A DNA stretch of 64,000 nucleotides from a virus, in IMG/VR virus record IMGVR_UViG_3300027759_000074, positions 14,364-78,363 of that record; one strand, 5' to 3'. Each line of letters opens with the position of its first letter. Position 1 is the stretch's first letter. The notes under the pieces were generated by a model. That model worked only from the letters and a program-made list of their open reading frames with translations. It searched no databases and was not told the DNA's origin. Made by a program: the position numbers and the translations under genes. Below, one piece after another: positions 34,095 through 44,075 of the stretch.

Positions 34095-35171
34095 ATGGGT
34101 GGTATATTTAAAGCCGCTGCCAATATAGTAAGTGCCCCAGCGAATATTATTAATTCTATTCCTGTTGTAGGACCTATTGCAGGACCTGCTTTTAATATTG
34201 CTACAGGTAATTATTTAGGGGCTGCCGGACAAATAGCGGGTAATGCTGCTATGGGAAGTTACGGGGGCGGCGGAGGTAGTAGCGGTGGCGGAGGAGCAGC
34301 TAATGGAGGTATTCCAGCTTATGGATCTACTGACGCTTCAGGCAATGCAATTCCAGCTACTCCTGGTTTTAACTATGGTGCTAACACCTATACTTACGGC
34401 AATCAACCGTATGATGCTTCTAAGTACTTTGTATCAGGTAATAAAGGCGTATACAACGTTCTTCCCGAGTTAGGTAATATGTATAGCCCAGAAGCTCAAG
34501 GTGCGCAAGGCACATCAAGCTTTAATGCATACCAAAATATATACGGCAAAATGGCTGGTGATGAATTAGCTCAAGCTAACTTACAAAAATCATTTAATCC
34601 TGGCATGTTGTCAGTAGCACCAGTTAATAATACTTATACACCTATTAGTGATTTTAACCCGGCTACTACTCCATACGCAGGAGCTCAGGCAAATTTACCT
34701 GATTATTTAAAACAAGATATTCAATCTGCATACGGTGAATATCAACCACAAGCGCAAACAAGTGGGTCAAGTTATTTACCGATTCAGTATGCTGATTTTG
34801 GTTTTGGTAGTGGGGACCAAGCTTATAAATTAGCTCAATACGCAGCTCAAAATAAGAACCCTTTCTTCCAAGCTTATGCAGAGCCAACAAATACAGCAGC
34901 ACCGCAGATGGCTAACCCATTTGCTTTTGCTAGACCGCCAGAGGCACCAGCGCCTGCACCAAGTCCTTACCAACCTGTAGAAGGCGGAGCACGAAGAGGA
35001 CCTGCTGAACGAGGTATGGTACCAGCAACAACTGCATCATTAGGTACATTTAGACCTGTAGAAGCAAGTACAGCAACACCAACATCAACAGTTACAACGG
35101 GTAGACCTGAAGATTATAAACCTGTTAATATTAGAACTGGCGGATTAGCTAGTTTAAGGAGAAAAGCATGA
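34095..35171 (+). CDS. Gly/Ala/Pro-rich protein, possible internal virion protein
   Basis: Amphipathic N-terminus; ends IRTGGLASLRRKA. Confidence 0.6.
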   Translation: MGGIFKAAANIVSAPANIINSIPVVGPIAGPAFNIATGNYLGAAGQIAGNAAMGSYGGGGGSSGGGGAANGGIPAYGSTDASGNAIPATPGFNYGANTYTYGNQPYDASKYFVSGNKGVYNVLPELGNMYSPEAQGAQGTSSFNAYQNIYGKMAGDELAQANLQKSFNPGMLSVAPVNNTYTPISDFNPATTPYAGAQANLPDYLKQDIQSAYGEYQPQAQTSGSSYLPIQYADFGFGSGDQAYKLAQYAAQNKNPFFQAYAEPTNTAAPQMANPFAFARPPEAPAPAPSPYQPVEGGARRGPAERGMVPATTASLGTFRPVEASTATPTSTVTTGRPEDYKPVNIRTGGLASLRRKA

Positions 35172-35428
35172 GACCTTCAAGAGGCATGGGCGCTATAAAG
35201 AAAACTAAAATACCTAGTGCTGTAGAAAATAAAATGCCTAAAGGAGTAGTTAAAGCTAGACGAGATAATACAGACTTTACTCAGTTTAAAGAAGGTGGAC
35301 CTGTAGGACTTTATGCAAATATGAATGCTAGAAAAAAAGCAGGTACTTCACGAAGTAAATCAAAGTCTACAATAACACCTAAAGCATATGCAAATATGAA
35401 AGCTGGATTTCCAAAAGGTAAAAAATAA
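35168..35428 (+). CDS. Small basic protein with FKEGG motif
   Basis: SRGMGAIKKTK, FKEGG and GLYANMNARKKAG. Confidence 0.6.
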   Translation: MRPSRGMGAIKKTKIPSAVENKMPKGVVKARRDNTDFTQFKEGGPVGLYANMNARKKAGTSRSKSKSTITPKAYANMKAGFPKGKK

Positions 35429-36372
35429 TGGTAGATAAAACCACAGGACAGACAAGTTTTAATTTAGATTTAAATAATCTAGTAGAAGACGCATTTGAAA
35501 GATGTGGTCAAGAACTTCGTACGGGCTATGATTTAAGAACTGCAAGACGTAGTTTAAACTTACTTACTATTGAGTGGGCTAATCGTGGTATTAACCTATG
35601 GACTGTAGAACCAGGTCAAATTGCATTAAATCAAAATCAAATTATGTATGCTTTACCCTCTGATACGATTGATTTACTTGATATGGTAACACGTACAGGT
35701 ACAGGACAAAATCAACAAGATATTAATATTAACCGCATTTCAGAATCAACATATATAACAATCCCTAATAAGAATGCAACAGGTCGTCCTATTCAAGTTT
35801 GGATTAATAGACAAAGTGGTCAAGAAAACCCTACTAATTTATTATTAGCTGAAACTCTAACTGCTACTGCATCAACAGCTGCTAACCCACAAACAATTAC
35901 TTTAAGTTCAACTGTTGGTTTAGCTCAGTTTGGCTTTATTAAAATAGGTGAAGAAACGATTCAATATGGGGGTATCAGTGGTAATGATTTAACAACATGT
36001 ATACGAGCCGTTAATAACACTGCATTAGCTCCTCATGCGATAGGGGATAGAATCTCTGTACAAAATTTACCTACTGTTAATGTTTGGGTAGCTCCAGACC
36101 AAAGTGATTTCTATACTTTTGTATATTACAGACTAAGACGTATTCAAGACGCAGGCAATGGTGTTAACGTAGAAGATATACCGTTTAGATTTATTCCCGC
36201 TATGGTTGCAGGATTAGCTTCTTATTTATCTATAAAATTACCTAATGTAGATCCTATGAGAATCCAGATGTTAAAACAAGATTATGAACAAGCATTCCAA
36301 TTAGCAGCTGAAGAAGATAGAGAAAAAGCTCCAGTAAGATGGGTACCACGCGAACAGTTTTTTAGGGGCTAA
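35428..36372 (+). CDS. Head-tail connector/adaptor-like protein
   Basis: Helical N- and C-termini (ARRSLNLL..EWANRG; PFRF.PAMVAGLA) around a beta insert. Confidence 0.6.
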   Translation: MVDKTTGQTSFNLDLNNLVEDAFERCGQELRTGYDLRTARRSLNLLTIEWANRGINLWTVEPGQIALNQNQIMYALPSDTIDLLDMVTRTGTGQNQQDININRISESTYITIPNKNATGRPIQVWINRQSGQENPTNLLLAETLTATASTAANPQTITLSSTVGLAQFGFIKIGEETIQYGGISGNDLTTCIRAVNNTALAPHAIGDRISVQNLPTVNVWVAPDQSDFYTFVYYRLRRIQDAGNGVNVEDIPFRFIPAMVAGLASYLSIKLPNVDPMRIQMLKQDYEQAFQLAAEEDREKAPVRWVPREQFFRG

Positions 36373-36765
36373 GTGATGGCTGATGTAGCTGAAATTTTAA
36401 AAAGACTTAATCTAGATGCTGGTGGGGTAAAGTCAGATGATGTTACTTCTGTAGGCGGTAGGTTAGGATATGTACATCCTATTGATGATACATCAAGTCT
36501 AGAAGTAGGCGCTTCCGGTCATTATGCAAAAGGTAAAGGATGGAAAGATTCTAATATTGATAGAGGCGATGTTACATATTCTAAAGAATTTGAAAATAAA
36601 CATAAGTTAAGAGCTAGTTTAGGTGGCGGCGCCAAAGGTATCGATGAAGTTAAAGCAACATATGAAATTCCTTTTAAAAAAGGTGGCAAAGTTAAAGCTA
36701 AGGCACCTAAAGTACGTGGACACGGCATAGAGAAAAAAGGTAAGACAAAAGGCAGGTTCGTTTAA
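36373..36765 (+). CDS. Beta-barrel-like domain plus C-terminal tag
   Basis: Alternating strands ending ATYEIPF, then KKGGKV...RGHGIEKKGKTKGRFV. Confidence 0.6.
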   Translation: MMADVAEILKRLNLDAGGVKSDDVTSVGGRLGYVHPIDDTSSLEVGASGHYAKGKGWKDSNIDRGDVTYSKEFENKHKLRASLGGGAKGIDEVKATYEIPFKKGGKVKAKAPKVRGHGIEKKGKTKGRFV

Positions 36766-37196
36766 TGCCAACCAATTTTGCAAGCGCCAAGAACTCGATT
36801 GCGCAGTGTGATCGCTGCGGGTTTAGATACAAACTAAAAGAGTTAAAACGCTTAGTTATTAAGACAAAAAATGTTAATATATTGGTATGCCATGAATGTT
36901 GGGAACCGGATCAGCCACAATTACAACTTGGTATGTACCCAGTGCAAGATCCACAAGCAGTACGTAATCCAAGACCTGATAGTCCTGGTTATTATCAAGC
37001 AGGTTTAAATGGATTACAAACATTAGAACAAACGGGTCCTTCAACCTCTGAAACAGGCGTGCCTACAATGGGTAGCAGAATTATTCAATGGGGTTGGAAT
37101 CCTGTAGGCGGTTCGAGATTAAACGATGCTGGATTAACGCCTAATGATCTAGTGGGAATAGGTAATGTAGGCACAGTAACAGTATCAACAACATAA
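36765..37196 (+). CDS. Zn-ribbon virion-module protein
   Basis: CDRCG...CHECWEPDQPQL and DPQAVRNPRPD. Confidence 0.65.
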   Translation: MPTNFASAKNSIAQCDRCGFRYKLKELKRLVIKTKNVNILVCHECWEPDQPQLQLGMYPVQDPQAVRNPRPDSPGYYQAGLNGLQTLEQTGPSTSETGVPTMGSRIIQWGWNPVGGSRLNDAGLTPNDLVGIGNVGTVTVSTT

Positions 37197-37207
37197 GGAG
37201 AAATAAC

Positions 37208-37402
37208 ATGACATTCAGAAAAGCAGCGGATGGTATTACTAAACAAGGTAAAACTAAAGGTCGTAACTTAGGTGACGACGGCGCTACAGTAGCTATTCAA
37301 AACGGTCCAAAAGAATCAGGCAGCAAAGGTGGTAAAACTAATGCTGATATGAAGAAAATGGGTCGTGGTATGGCTAAAGTTGCAGCACAAAAAAAGGGGT
37401 AA
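37208..37402 (+). CDS. Small basic protein with N-terminal tag
   Basis: KAADGITKQGKTKG; SD AAGGAG. Confidence 0.6.
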   Translation: MTFRKAADGITKQGKTKGRNLGDDGATVAIQNGPKESGSKGGKTNADMKKMGRGMAKVAAQKKG

Positions 37403-37406
37403 TAAA

Positions 37407-37751
37407 ATGGCTAAAAATGACTTTCCAAAACCAACACCAGCGGAATCATATCCACTAGGTCACGCTAAAGAAAACAAAGATGCAAGTGCCTATACAGGAT
37501 TTAAATACCCATCAGGCGGTACTGGCAGCGATATTGGTATCTATAAACAACCAATGCCTAACCCAAATAGTACTGATATACATTTCAGTCAAGATCCTAA
37601 TAAATTAAGATCACAACAAATTAGTAAGCAAACAGGTGTCCAACGTGTAAGCGTAGGTGATCCTACTCGCCCTGCTAAGACTGAAGGTATTACTATTCGT
37701 GGTTGCGGCGCAGCTACTAAAGGTACTAAAGCTAGAGGTCCGATGGCGTAA
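37407..37751 (+). CDS. Hypothetical protein with C-terminal tag
   Basis: Start MAKNDF; ends IRGCGAATKGTKARGPMA. Confidence 0.6.
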   Translation: MAKNDFPKPTPAESYPLGHAKENKDASAYTGFKYPSGGTGSDIGIYKQPMPNPNSTDIHFSQDPNKLRSQQISKQTGVQRVSVGDPTRPAKTEGITIRGCGAATKGTKARGPMA

Positions 37752-38386
37752 TGAACTACACGCAGCTAGTTGATGAAATACAAAGTTATGTAGAAAATAC
37801 GTTTCAGACAACGGATATAGACACGTTTATAACCCAAGCCGAACAACGTATTTATAACTCAGTGCAACTTCCTGCGCTTAGAAAGAACGTAACAGGCTCG
37901 CTTACTACAGGTAATAAATATTTAGCTATGCCTAGTGATTGGCTTGCTACATTTAGTTTGGCAGTGATTAATGCAGATAATGAATACTTATATCTTTTAA
38001 ACAAAGATGTAAACTTTATTAGGCAGTCTTACCCAGATACAGATTCTGATTATTATGGTGAACCTGCATATTATGCGGTATTTGATAGTACTACATTTAT
38101 TGTAGGACCTACTCCAGATGCTTCGTATGCTGCGGAACTTCATTATTTTTATTATCCAGAGTCCATCACTACTGCTGGCACATCTTGGTTAGGCGATAAC
38201 TTTAGTTCTACATTGTTATATGGCTCATTATTAGAAGCTTATACCTACATGAAGGGCGAACAAGACATTATTAATCAATACCAAAAACGATATGATGAAG
38301 CTATGATTCTATTGAAACAACTAGCTGACGGCAAAGATAGACAAGATGCTTATCGTTCAGGTCAAGTAAGGTACCCAGTTAGATGA
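37751..38386 (+). CDS. Head-tail adaptor-like protein
   Basis: MNYTQL..I, FITQAEQRI, GPTPD..Y and LLYGSLLEAY pattern. Confidence 0.7.
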   Translation: MNYTQLVDEIQSYVENTFQTTDIDTFITQAEQRIYNSVQLPALRKNVTGSLTTGNKYLAMPSDWLATFSLAVINADNEYLYLLNKDVNFIRQSYPDTDSDYYGEPAYYAVFDSTTFIVGPTPDASYAAELHYFYYPESITTAGTSWLGDNFSSTLLYGSLLEAYTYMKGEQDIINQYQKRYDEAMILLKQLADGKDRQDAYRSGQVRYPVR

Positions 38387-38808
38387 TCTTAGGACAAGCA
38401 CTGACCACAACCTTTAAGGTAAACTTATTAAAAGGTTTAGAGAATTTTTACACGGGGTCACCTTATACATATAAAATAGCCTTGTATAATGCGGTAGCTA
38501 CTTTAAATAGCGAAACAACGGCATATACAACGCAAGACGAAATTACAGGTACTGGCTATATAGCGGGGGGTAAAGTTTTAGCTCCTACCGTAGGTAGTGA
38601 TCCTAGTAATAACACGGCTTATGTTACGTTTGCTAATGTAACTTGGAGCCCTGCAAGCTTTACGACTGCTGGCGCTTTAATATATAATAGCACTACAAAT
38701 GCATCAGTCGCAGTACTAAATTTTGGTGGTCAAAAAACAGCCACTACAACATTTACAATAGAATTCCCTTCAGCAACTTCAACCACTGCTGTAATACGAA
38801 TTAACTAA
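38383..38808 (+). CDS. Tail/fibre-attachment structural protein
   Basis: KIALY, GYIAGG and GALIYN motifs. Confidence 0.6.
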   Translation: MILGQALTTTFKVNLLKGLENFYTGSPYTYKIALYNAVATLNSETTAYTTQDEITGTGYIAGGKVLAPTVGSDPSNNTAYVTFANVTWSPASFTTAGALIYNSTTNASVAVLNFGGQKTATTTFTIEFPSATSTTAVIRIN

Positions 38809-38818
38809 AGGAGTAATT

Positions 38819-39415
38819 ATGAGCAACATAGACAAATTTGGAATGGGCGACTCAGTTGATGCGTCTGTGACAAGAAATGCTGGATCAAATGATGAGTTTG
38901 GTCTAAACGGCGTCTATACATTTACATGCTACGATCAAGACGGCAATGTTAAATGGGAAGACGCATTTGAAAATTTAACAACAAACGTAGGTCGTCAAAG
39001 CTTACTAAATTCTTATTTTGCTAACACAGGTGGCGGCGCAGTTGTTATGGGTCTTATGACTAATAATGCTGTACCAGCATCTATTCCAGCTTATACAGAT
39101 ACACAAGCATCTCATGCTGGTTGGTTTGAAGCAGGTTCTGCAAATGCACCTACATACTCTGGTACAAGAAAAACACCAGCGTTTAGTACTGCAACAAATG
39201 CTAACCCATCAGTATTAACTACATCAGCAGCGGTAGTATTCTCAATGACTGGTTCTGGTACTGTAACAGGTGCATTTATTAATATTGGTGGTTCATCAGC
39301 GATTGATAACACAACAGGTACATTGTTCTCTGCAGGTAACTTTACAGCAGGTTCTAAAACTGTAACATCAGGCGACACAATTAACGTAACATATACTTTA
39401 TCAGCTTCGGGCTAA
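38819..39415 (+). CDS. Tail/fibre-attachment structural protein
   Basis: NLTTNVG, Y...R and SGDTINVTYTL pattern. Confidence 0.6.
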   Translation: MSNIDKFGMGDSVDASVTRNAGSNDEFGLNGVYTFTCYDQDGNVKWEDAFENLTTNVGRQSLLNSYFANTGGGAVVMGLMTNNAVPASIPAYTDTQASHAGWFEAGSANAPTYSGTRKTPAFSTATNANPSVLTTSAAVVFSMTGSGTVTGAFINIGGSSAIDNTTGTLFSAGNFTAGSKTVTSGDTINVTYTLSASG

Positions 39416-39425
39416 GGAGTCTTAA

Positions 39426-41273
39426 ATGGCTCTAGTGGTCTATGATCGAGTCCAGGAAACGACGACTACATCAGGTACGGGTTCTGTAACCTTACTTGGT
39501 GCAGTCAGCGGGTTCCAATCGTTTGCTGTTGTTGGAAATAGCAATACTACCTATTACACTATTACAGATGGTGCTCAATGGGAAGTAGGTATTGGTACAT
39601 ATTCAACTTCAGGTCCTACGTTAGCACGTACTACAGTATTATCTAATTCAAATGGTAATACATCGCCTATTACTTTATCAGGCGGAACAGCTCAAGTCTT
39701 TGTTACTTATACTGCTGAAAAATCAGTCAATCTAGATGCTTCTGGTAATGTTACTCCTTTAGGTACCATTGCGTCTGGCACTTGGCAAGGAACTACGGTT
39801 GGAGTTTCTTACGGCGGTACGGGTGTAACAGCTTCTTCTGGTGGTAGTAGCGTAGTATTAAGAGATGCTAATCAAAACACTTCACTTAATAATATCTTTA
39901 GAAATATAACGTCTACAGTATCAGCAGGTGGAACAACACTACTTACAGCGGCTTCATCATTTTCACAAGTTTTAACAGGTTCTACAACTCAAACCTTTCG
40001 GCTCCCTGATGCTACTACATTAGTTAATGGCGCTAGTTTCCAGTTTAATAATAACTCTACAGGTAACATGACTATTGTAGATTATGGTTCCAATGCAATT
40101 GCTACTGTAGATAATGGTGGCGCTGCACAAATATTTTTAACATCAACTAGTACTGCTAATGGTGTTTGGGATACGCATGGATTTATTCCTGAAAGTATTG
40201 AGTGGGGTACAAATGCTTTATATTTAGCGTCTACTGTAATTACAGGCGGTACTTGGAACGGTGGCACAATTGGTACAGGTTATGGTGGTACAGGATTAAC
40301 TAGCTTTACTTCTGGTGGCGCTTTATATGCAACATCTACATCGTCTTTAACTAGCGGTACTTTACCTGTTACAGCAGGTGGTACAGCAGCTAGTACGTTT
40401 ACAGCTAATGGTATTTTATATGGTAATGGCACTTCTGCATTAGGTGTAACAGGAGCTGGTACTACAGGACAAGTTCTTTTAGCTAATACAAGTGGCGCTC
40501 CAACATGGGGTTCAGTACCATCCACAGGCGCAGTTACAACATTCCAAACTTCACTTAACGGATTAACACCAAGTACAGCTACAGCAGGTGCTGTAACATT
40601 AGCAGGGACTTTAGGTCCTACATCAGGTGGTACAGGACTATCTGCTTATACTACCGGTGATATTATTTATGCCTCAGCTACAAACACATTAGCGGCATTA
40701 GCAGATGTAGCAACAGGTAATGCTTTAATTTCAGGCGGTGTTACTACAGCACCTTCATGGGGTAAGATTGGTTTAACTACACATGTATCAGGTACACTTC
40801 CAGTAGCTAATGGTGGTACAGGTTCTACATCATTTACTGCATATGGTGTTTTAACTGGCGGTACAACTTCTACAGGCGCTGTTCAATCAGTAGCTGCGAT
40901 AGGCACAAGTGGTCAAGTATTAACATCTAATGGTGCAGGTGCATTACCTACATTCCAAACAGTAAGTGCCGGTCTCACTGTAACTAATGATACTTCTACT
41001 GCTACAGCGTTATACCCAACATTTACAAGTGCTACATCAGGTTCTATATCAGGTATCAGCGTTACAAGTAGTAAGTTTACTTTTGTGCCAACTACTGGTT
41101 CTTTAACAGCGCCACAAACTGTGGCATCAAATGGTCTAGTTGTAAATAGTAATACAGTAAGCGCAAGTTATAGTATTCCAAGTGGATCAAGCGCTACAAG
41201 TACAGGTCCTATGACTATAAGTAGTGGAGTTGCTGTGACTGTACCTACTGGATCTAGGTGGGTAGTGTTATAA
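39426..41273 (+). CDS. Tail fibre protein (Ser/Thr/Gly-rich)
   Basis: DRVQETTTTSGTG N-terminus; repeated LPV..GGTG and GQVL..NG..PTW units; C-terminal GP.TI.SG..VTVP...RWV.L. Confidence 0.75.
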   Translation: MALVVYDRVQETTTTSGTGSVTLLGAVSGFQSFAVVGNSNTTYYTITDGAQWEVGIGTYSTSGPTLARTTVLSNSNGNTSPITLSGGTAQVFVTYTAEKSVNLDASGNVTPLGTIASGTWQGTTVGVSYGGTGVTASSGGSSVVLRDANQNTSLNNIFRNITSTVSAGGTTLLTAASSFSQVLTGSTTQTFRLPDATTLVNGASFQFNNNSTGNMTIVDYGSNAIATVDNGGAAQIFLTSTSTANGVWDTHGFIPESIEWGTNALYLASTVITGGTWNGGTIGTGYGGTGLTSFTSGGALYATSTSSLTSGTLPVTAGGTAASTFTANGILYGNGTSALGVTGAGTTGQVLLANTSGAPTWGSVPSTGAVTTFQTSLNGLTPSTATAGAVTLAGTLGPTSGGTGLSAYTTGDIIYASATNTLAALADVATGNALISGGVTTAPSWGKIGLTTHVSGTLPVANGGTGSTSFTAYGVLTGGTTSTGAVQSVAAIGTSGQVLTSNGAGALPTFQTVSAGLTVTNDTSTATALYPTFTSATSGSISGISVTSSKFTFVPTTGSLTAPQTVASNGLVVNSNTVSASYSIPSGSSATSTGPMTISSGVAVTVPTGSRWVVL

Positions 41274-41274
41274 C

Positions 41275-42213
41275 ATGTTTGGGCTATCGACCTTTGCCCA
41301 AGCTCCGTTCGCTTCATTAGGTGGTACAAAATATGATGTAGCTACGGATGAGAGCTTTAGCTTAAGTGATGTGTATGCTATATCAAAAATAGATTATGCT
41401 GGGATAGTTGATGACACTATTGCATTAACTGATGATGTACCAAACCAATTTAATTACTATTTAAATACTGATGAAACATTTGATTTAGCAGACGACTATA
41501 CAGGTAATTTAGATTCAAGCGCTGCTAACGATGAAAGTTTAGCACTTACTACAGAAGAATTAGGTGCATGGAATACAAGTGCATCACTTGCTGAAACATT
41601 TAGTATAAGCGAAGCAGTATCTTCAATCGTTACATTTTTAGCAGACCGCGAAGAAGCTGCTACGTTAACTACAACTGAAAATGCTGGAGCTACATTTGTA
41701 GGCTTAGACGAAGAACTTGTTTATTTAACTACGACCGAAGAAGGACAAGTAGAGTTTGCTGGTTTAACTGAAGAAACAGTTACCTTAACAGATACAGAAG
41801 CAGCACAAGCTGACTTCGTAGGCGCAGTTGATGAAAGTACGACTTTAGCTGACGAATATATTGGTAATGCAGATTACTTTGATTCAATAACTGAAGCGTT
41901 TGCTTTATCTGATGAATATGTAGGTGGCTTTGGTTTCTACGCTGATGTAGATGAAACAGTAGACCTAACAGATGTTTATAGTGGTATTCGCATGGTCTAC
42001 GCAACAGTAACTGATACAACAGGATTTACAGATACATATGTAGCGGTAGGCAATTTTAACCCAACAGTAGCTGAACTAATAACTATCATGGATATGGTTT
42101 GCGTTGCGGGTTGGTTTGTAATAGATGATTCTCAAACAGCTAGCTGGGTTGATGTTAATACTGCTCAAACCGCAAATTGGGGCTCAATACCTACTACTGT
42201 ACCATGTGTTTAA
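41275..42213 (+). CDS. Highly acidic 20-aa repeat fibre/shaft protein
   Basis: MFGLSTFAQAPFA leader; about 13 repeats of 20 aa. Confidence 0.65.
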   Translation: MFGLSTFAQAPFASLGGTKYDVATDESFSLSDVYAISKIDYAGIVDDTIALTDDVPNQFNYYLNTDETFDLADDYTGNLDSSAANDESLALTTEELGAWNTSASLAETFSISEAVSSIVTFLADREEAATLTTTENAGATFVGLDEELVYLTTTEEGQVEFAGLTEETVTLTDTEAAQADFVGAVDESTTLADEYIGNADYFDSITEAFALSDEYVGGFGFYADVDETVDLTDVYSGIRMVYATVTDTTGFTDTYVAVGNFNPTVAELITIMDMVCVAGWFVIDDSQTASWVDVNTAQTANWGSIPTTVPCV

Positions 42214-42245
42214 TGTATAATACAGAAATATAAAAAGGATTTTTT

Positions 42246-43211
42246 ATGGCAAGTACCTATAGTGATTTAAAGATAGAACTTATTGGAACGGGTGAGCAAT
42301 CAGGTACCTGGGGCACCACTACGAATACCAATTTAAGTACGGCATTAAGTGAAGCTATTACAGGTTCTGCTGATGTTGCCTTCTCAAGTGCCGATGTAAC
42401 CCTAACACTTACTAATACTAATGGAGCTCAAACTGCTCGTAACTTAAGACTTAATCTCACAGGTACTTCAGGTGGTGCTCGTAACCTTATCTTAGGTTCA
42501 GGCTGTCAAATTGAGAAATTCTACCTAATTAACAATGGTTTAGCAGACGCTGTTACAGTAAAAAATACATCAGGTACAGGTACTGCAGTCCCTGCTGGTA
42601 CAGCAATGTTAGTCTTTAATAACGGCACTAACGTTGTTAATCCTCTTACTTATGTTACAGGCACTATTGTTACAAGTTCAGCTACAATCACAGGCGGTAC
42701 GATTAATAATACAGCCATCGGTGGAAGTACTGCAGCAGCAGGTGCGTTTACTACATTAGCAGCTTCTGGTACTTTAGGTGTCGCAGGAAATACAACTTTA
42801 TCTGCTGACTTAGCCGTTAATGGAAACACTACACTTGGTAATGCTTCATCTGATACAATAACACTTAATGCTAACACAGCAAACGTACCTAACAACTTAA
42901 ACTTTAATGGTACAGGTAGTATTACGTTACCTAATGGTACAACAGGAGAAAGACCAACCCCAGTTACAGGTATGGTTCGTTATAATAGTACTGAAGGTAC
43001 TTTTGAAGGATACTCAAATGGTGCTTGGGGTGCAATTGGTGGTGGTGCTACAGGCGGTGGTGGTGACCAAGTATTCTACGAAAACGAATTAACAGTAACA
43101 GCAGATTACACTTTAACAACAGCAAGAAACGCAATGTCTACAGGACCCATAACAATCGATTCAGGTATTACCGTGACAGTTCCAACAGATCAGCGTTGGG
43201 TCATATTATAG
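42246..43211 (+). CDS. Tail fibre/baseplate-like protein
   Basis: GEQSGTWGTTTNTNL and LPNGTTGERP..GMVRYNS; C-terminus shared with 39426..41273. Confidence 0.7.
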   Translation: MASTYSDLKIELIGTGEQSGTWGTTTNTNLSTALSEAITGSADVAFSSADVTLTLTNTNGAQTARNLRLNLTGTSGGARNLILGSGCQIEKFYLINNGLADAVTVKNTSGTGTAVPAGTAMLVFNNGTNVVNPLTYVTGTIVTSSATITGGTINNTAIGGSTAAAGAFTTLAASGTLGVAGNTTLSADLAVNGNTTLGNASSDTITLNANTANVPNNLNFNGTGSITLPNGTTGERPTPVTGMVRYNSTEGTFEGYSNGAWGAIGGGATGGGGDQVFYENELTVTADYTLTTARNAMSTGPITIDSGITVTVPTDQRWVIL

Positions 43212-43220
43212 GAGAAGTAA

Positions 43221-44075
43221 ATGGCACAAATTATTCTAGATTCTAATAATAACTTAATACAAGGTGACTTTGATAACGCCACGTTAAACAATCGTACTAA
43301 GTTACAAACCACAACAACTAATGCCACGACTAACGTGTACATAGCTCCTAACGGCTCATCTACATCTGCCGGTGTTTCAGTCGCTAATAACTCAAGTCTT
43401 ACTAATGCATCTAAGATTGTCATGGCTACAAACGGCACAACAGATACACAAATTATTTCTGGTATAAATGGGTCTGGTACTTATTTACCTTTGAGTTTTT
43501 ATACGAACAATGCTTTGGCGATGCAAATTGATACGGCTAATAATGTGTTGGTAGGAACTACAACAGCTAATGCAAGAATAACATCACAATCGTCAAATAA
43601 CAACGCATCTTCATTTGCGTTATGGTGTATGAACAGTTCATCAACACAACTTTTAAAAGTGCGAGATGACGGTTTGATTGAAACTGGAACAGCTACAAAC
43701 TCTCCATATAACTATACAACTGGTTCAGCGGCTAATACATTTATAAATTCCAGCGGACAATTTCAACGTTCAACATCGTCATTAAAATATAAACAAAATG
43801 TACAAGATGCAACACACGGTTTAAGTGATGTATTAAAACTTCGCCCTGTTACGTTTACAAGTAAAAATGATGAATCAGGCACAATATTTGGTGGTTTAAT
43901 TGCAGAAGAAGTTCACGAAGCTGGATTAACTGAATTTGTGCAATATTCAGAAGACGGTAGTCCAGATGCTTTGGCTTATGCAAATATGGTTTCACTTTTA
44001 ACAAAAGCCATACAAGAACAACAAACCATTATCAACGAATTAAAATCAAGAATAGAAGCTTTGGAGAGTAAATAA
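43221..44075 (+). CDS. Tail fibre with S74 intramolecular chaperone domain
   Basis: TSSLKYKQNV, LRPVTF, GLIAEEV and terminal coiled coil. Confidence 0.85.
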   Translation: MAQIILDSNNNLIQGDFDNATLNNRTKLQTTTTNATTNVYIAPNGSSTSAGVSVANNSSLTNASKIVMATNGTTDTQIISGINGSGTYLPLSFYTNNALAMQIDTANNVLVGTTTANARITSQSSNNNASSFALWCMNSSSTQLLKVRDDGLIETGTATNSPYNYTTGSAANTFINSSGQFQRSTSSLKYKQNVQDATHGLSDVLKLRPVTFTSKNDESGTIFGGLIAEEVHEAGLTEFVQYSEDGSPDALAYANMVSLLTKAIQEQQTIINELKSRIEALESK

